Positions 60,306 through 60,475 of a stretch of DNA of 60,475 nucleotides are shown one piece after another; positions within the stretch are counted from its first letter, which is position 1, and the number at the start of each line of letters is the position of its first letter. Under the pieces are notes generated by a model, which searched no databases, was not told where the DNA came from, and saw only the letters and a list, made by a program, of their open reading frames with translations. Origin of the DNA: Bacillota bacterium (GTDB lineage: Bacteria > Bacillota > Halanaerobiia > Halanaerobiales > DATFIM01); assembly GCA_051744825.1 (NCBI GenBank), contig JBNJDL010000001.1, forward strand, positions 1 to 60,475, written 5' to 3'. The translations under genes and the position numbers were made by a program.

Positions 60306-60382
60306 TGGAGCTGGGAATGAGATTTGAACTCATAACCTGCTATTTACAAAACAGCTGCTCTTCCAAATTGAGCTATCCCAGC
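60306..60382 (-). tRNA. tRNA-Thr (UGU)
   Basis: Hand-folded 77-nt cloverleaf. Acceptor GCUGGGA/UCCCAGC. Anticodon loop UUUGUAA. T-loop UUCAAAU. CCA is encoded. Confidence 0.8.
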
Positions 60383-60387
60383 TTTAA

Positions 60388-60475
60388 TTAATATGGCCTT
60401 TGATTATAACCTAAAGTATAAGATTTAGTTCTTTTAATCCAATATTTTTCACGCTCTCTAATTTTATTTATATGA
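60388..60475 (-). CDS. GIY-YIG nuclease-like ORF, C-terminal end only (truncated by window)
   Basis: Reads ...HINKIREREKYWIKRTKSYTLGYNQRPY*. The RE..WI....GYN pattern is typical of the end of a GIY-YIG domain. Confidence 0.4.
   Translation of the reverse strand, partial: HINKIREREKYWIKRTKSYTLGYNQRPY

Noticed and set aside
1-60475. Search for integrase, excisionase, CI-type repressor, att sites, transposases or defence-system genes (CRISPR-Cas, RM, TA pairs)
   Set aside because: No ORF showed tyrosine or serine recombinase, DDE transposase or Cas motifs. The lifestyle (temperate versus virulent) and the genome ends cannot be decided from this window.

Overview
The window is a very AT-rich tailed-phage genome segment with a long non-contractile-tail (siphovirus-like) gene order. 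Gene order reads right to left, because almost every gene is on the minus strand. From the right edge: two tRNAs (an initiator-like tRNA-Met and tRNA-Thr) and a truncated GIY-YIG-like ORF. Next come small and large terminase, portal, and a MuF/SPP1-gp7-type head protein with an HExxH C-terminal extension. A five-gene cargo cassette follows, sitting inside the virion module: a Maf/DUF115-type transferase, a sugar ABC importer without an ATPase, a NeuA/PseF-type cytidylyltransferase and a Com-like zinc finger. After that: scaffold, capsid, connectors, two paralogous major tail proteins, G/T chaperones with an AAAAAAC -1 slippery site, tape measure, tail tip and fibre genes, and a lysis cassette. 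A three-gene plus-strand islet sits at 28.0-28.7 kb. The left 28 kb is an early, replication and nucleotide-metabolism arm: DnaE-type polymerase, primase, RecA-like, RuvC, Cas4-like nuclease, class II RNR, dCMP deaminase, ThyX-like, dimeric dUTPase-like, radical SAM, and two sigma factors. The non-coding content is rich. There are seven copies of a TTTACA-N17-TATAAT early promoter with a conserved leader. Three minus-strand hammerhead ribozyme motifs (stem II-open permutation) show compensatory changes in stems I and III and in a loop I / 3' tail pseudoknot. A roughly 100-nt element of unknown function occurs three times with an exactly conserved 58-nt internal spacing. A palindrome-containing promoter/operator-like element occurs four times, and two of those copies point antisense to the flanking genes. 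No integrase, CRISPR array or rRNA was seen. Every functional call comes from motifs read by eye in the translations; no database search was run.
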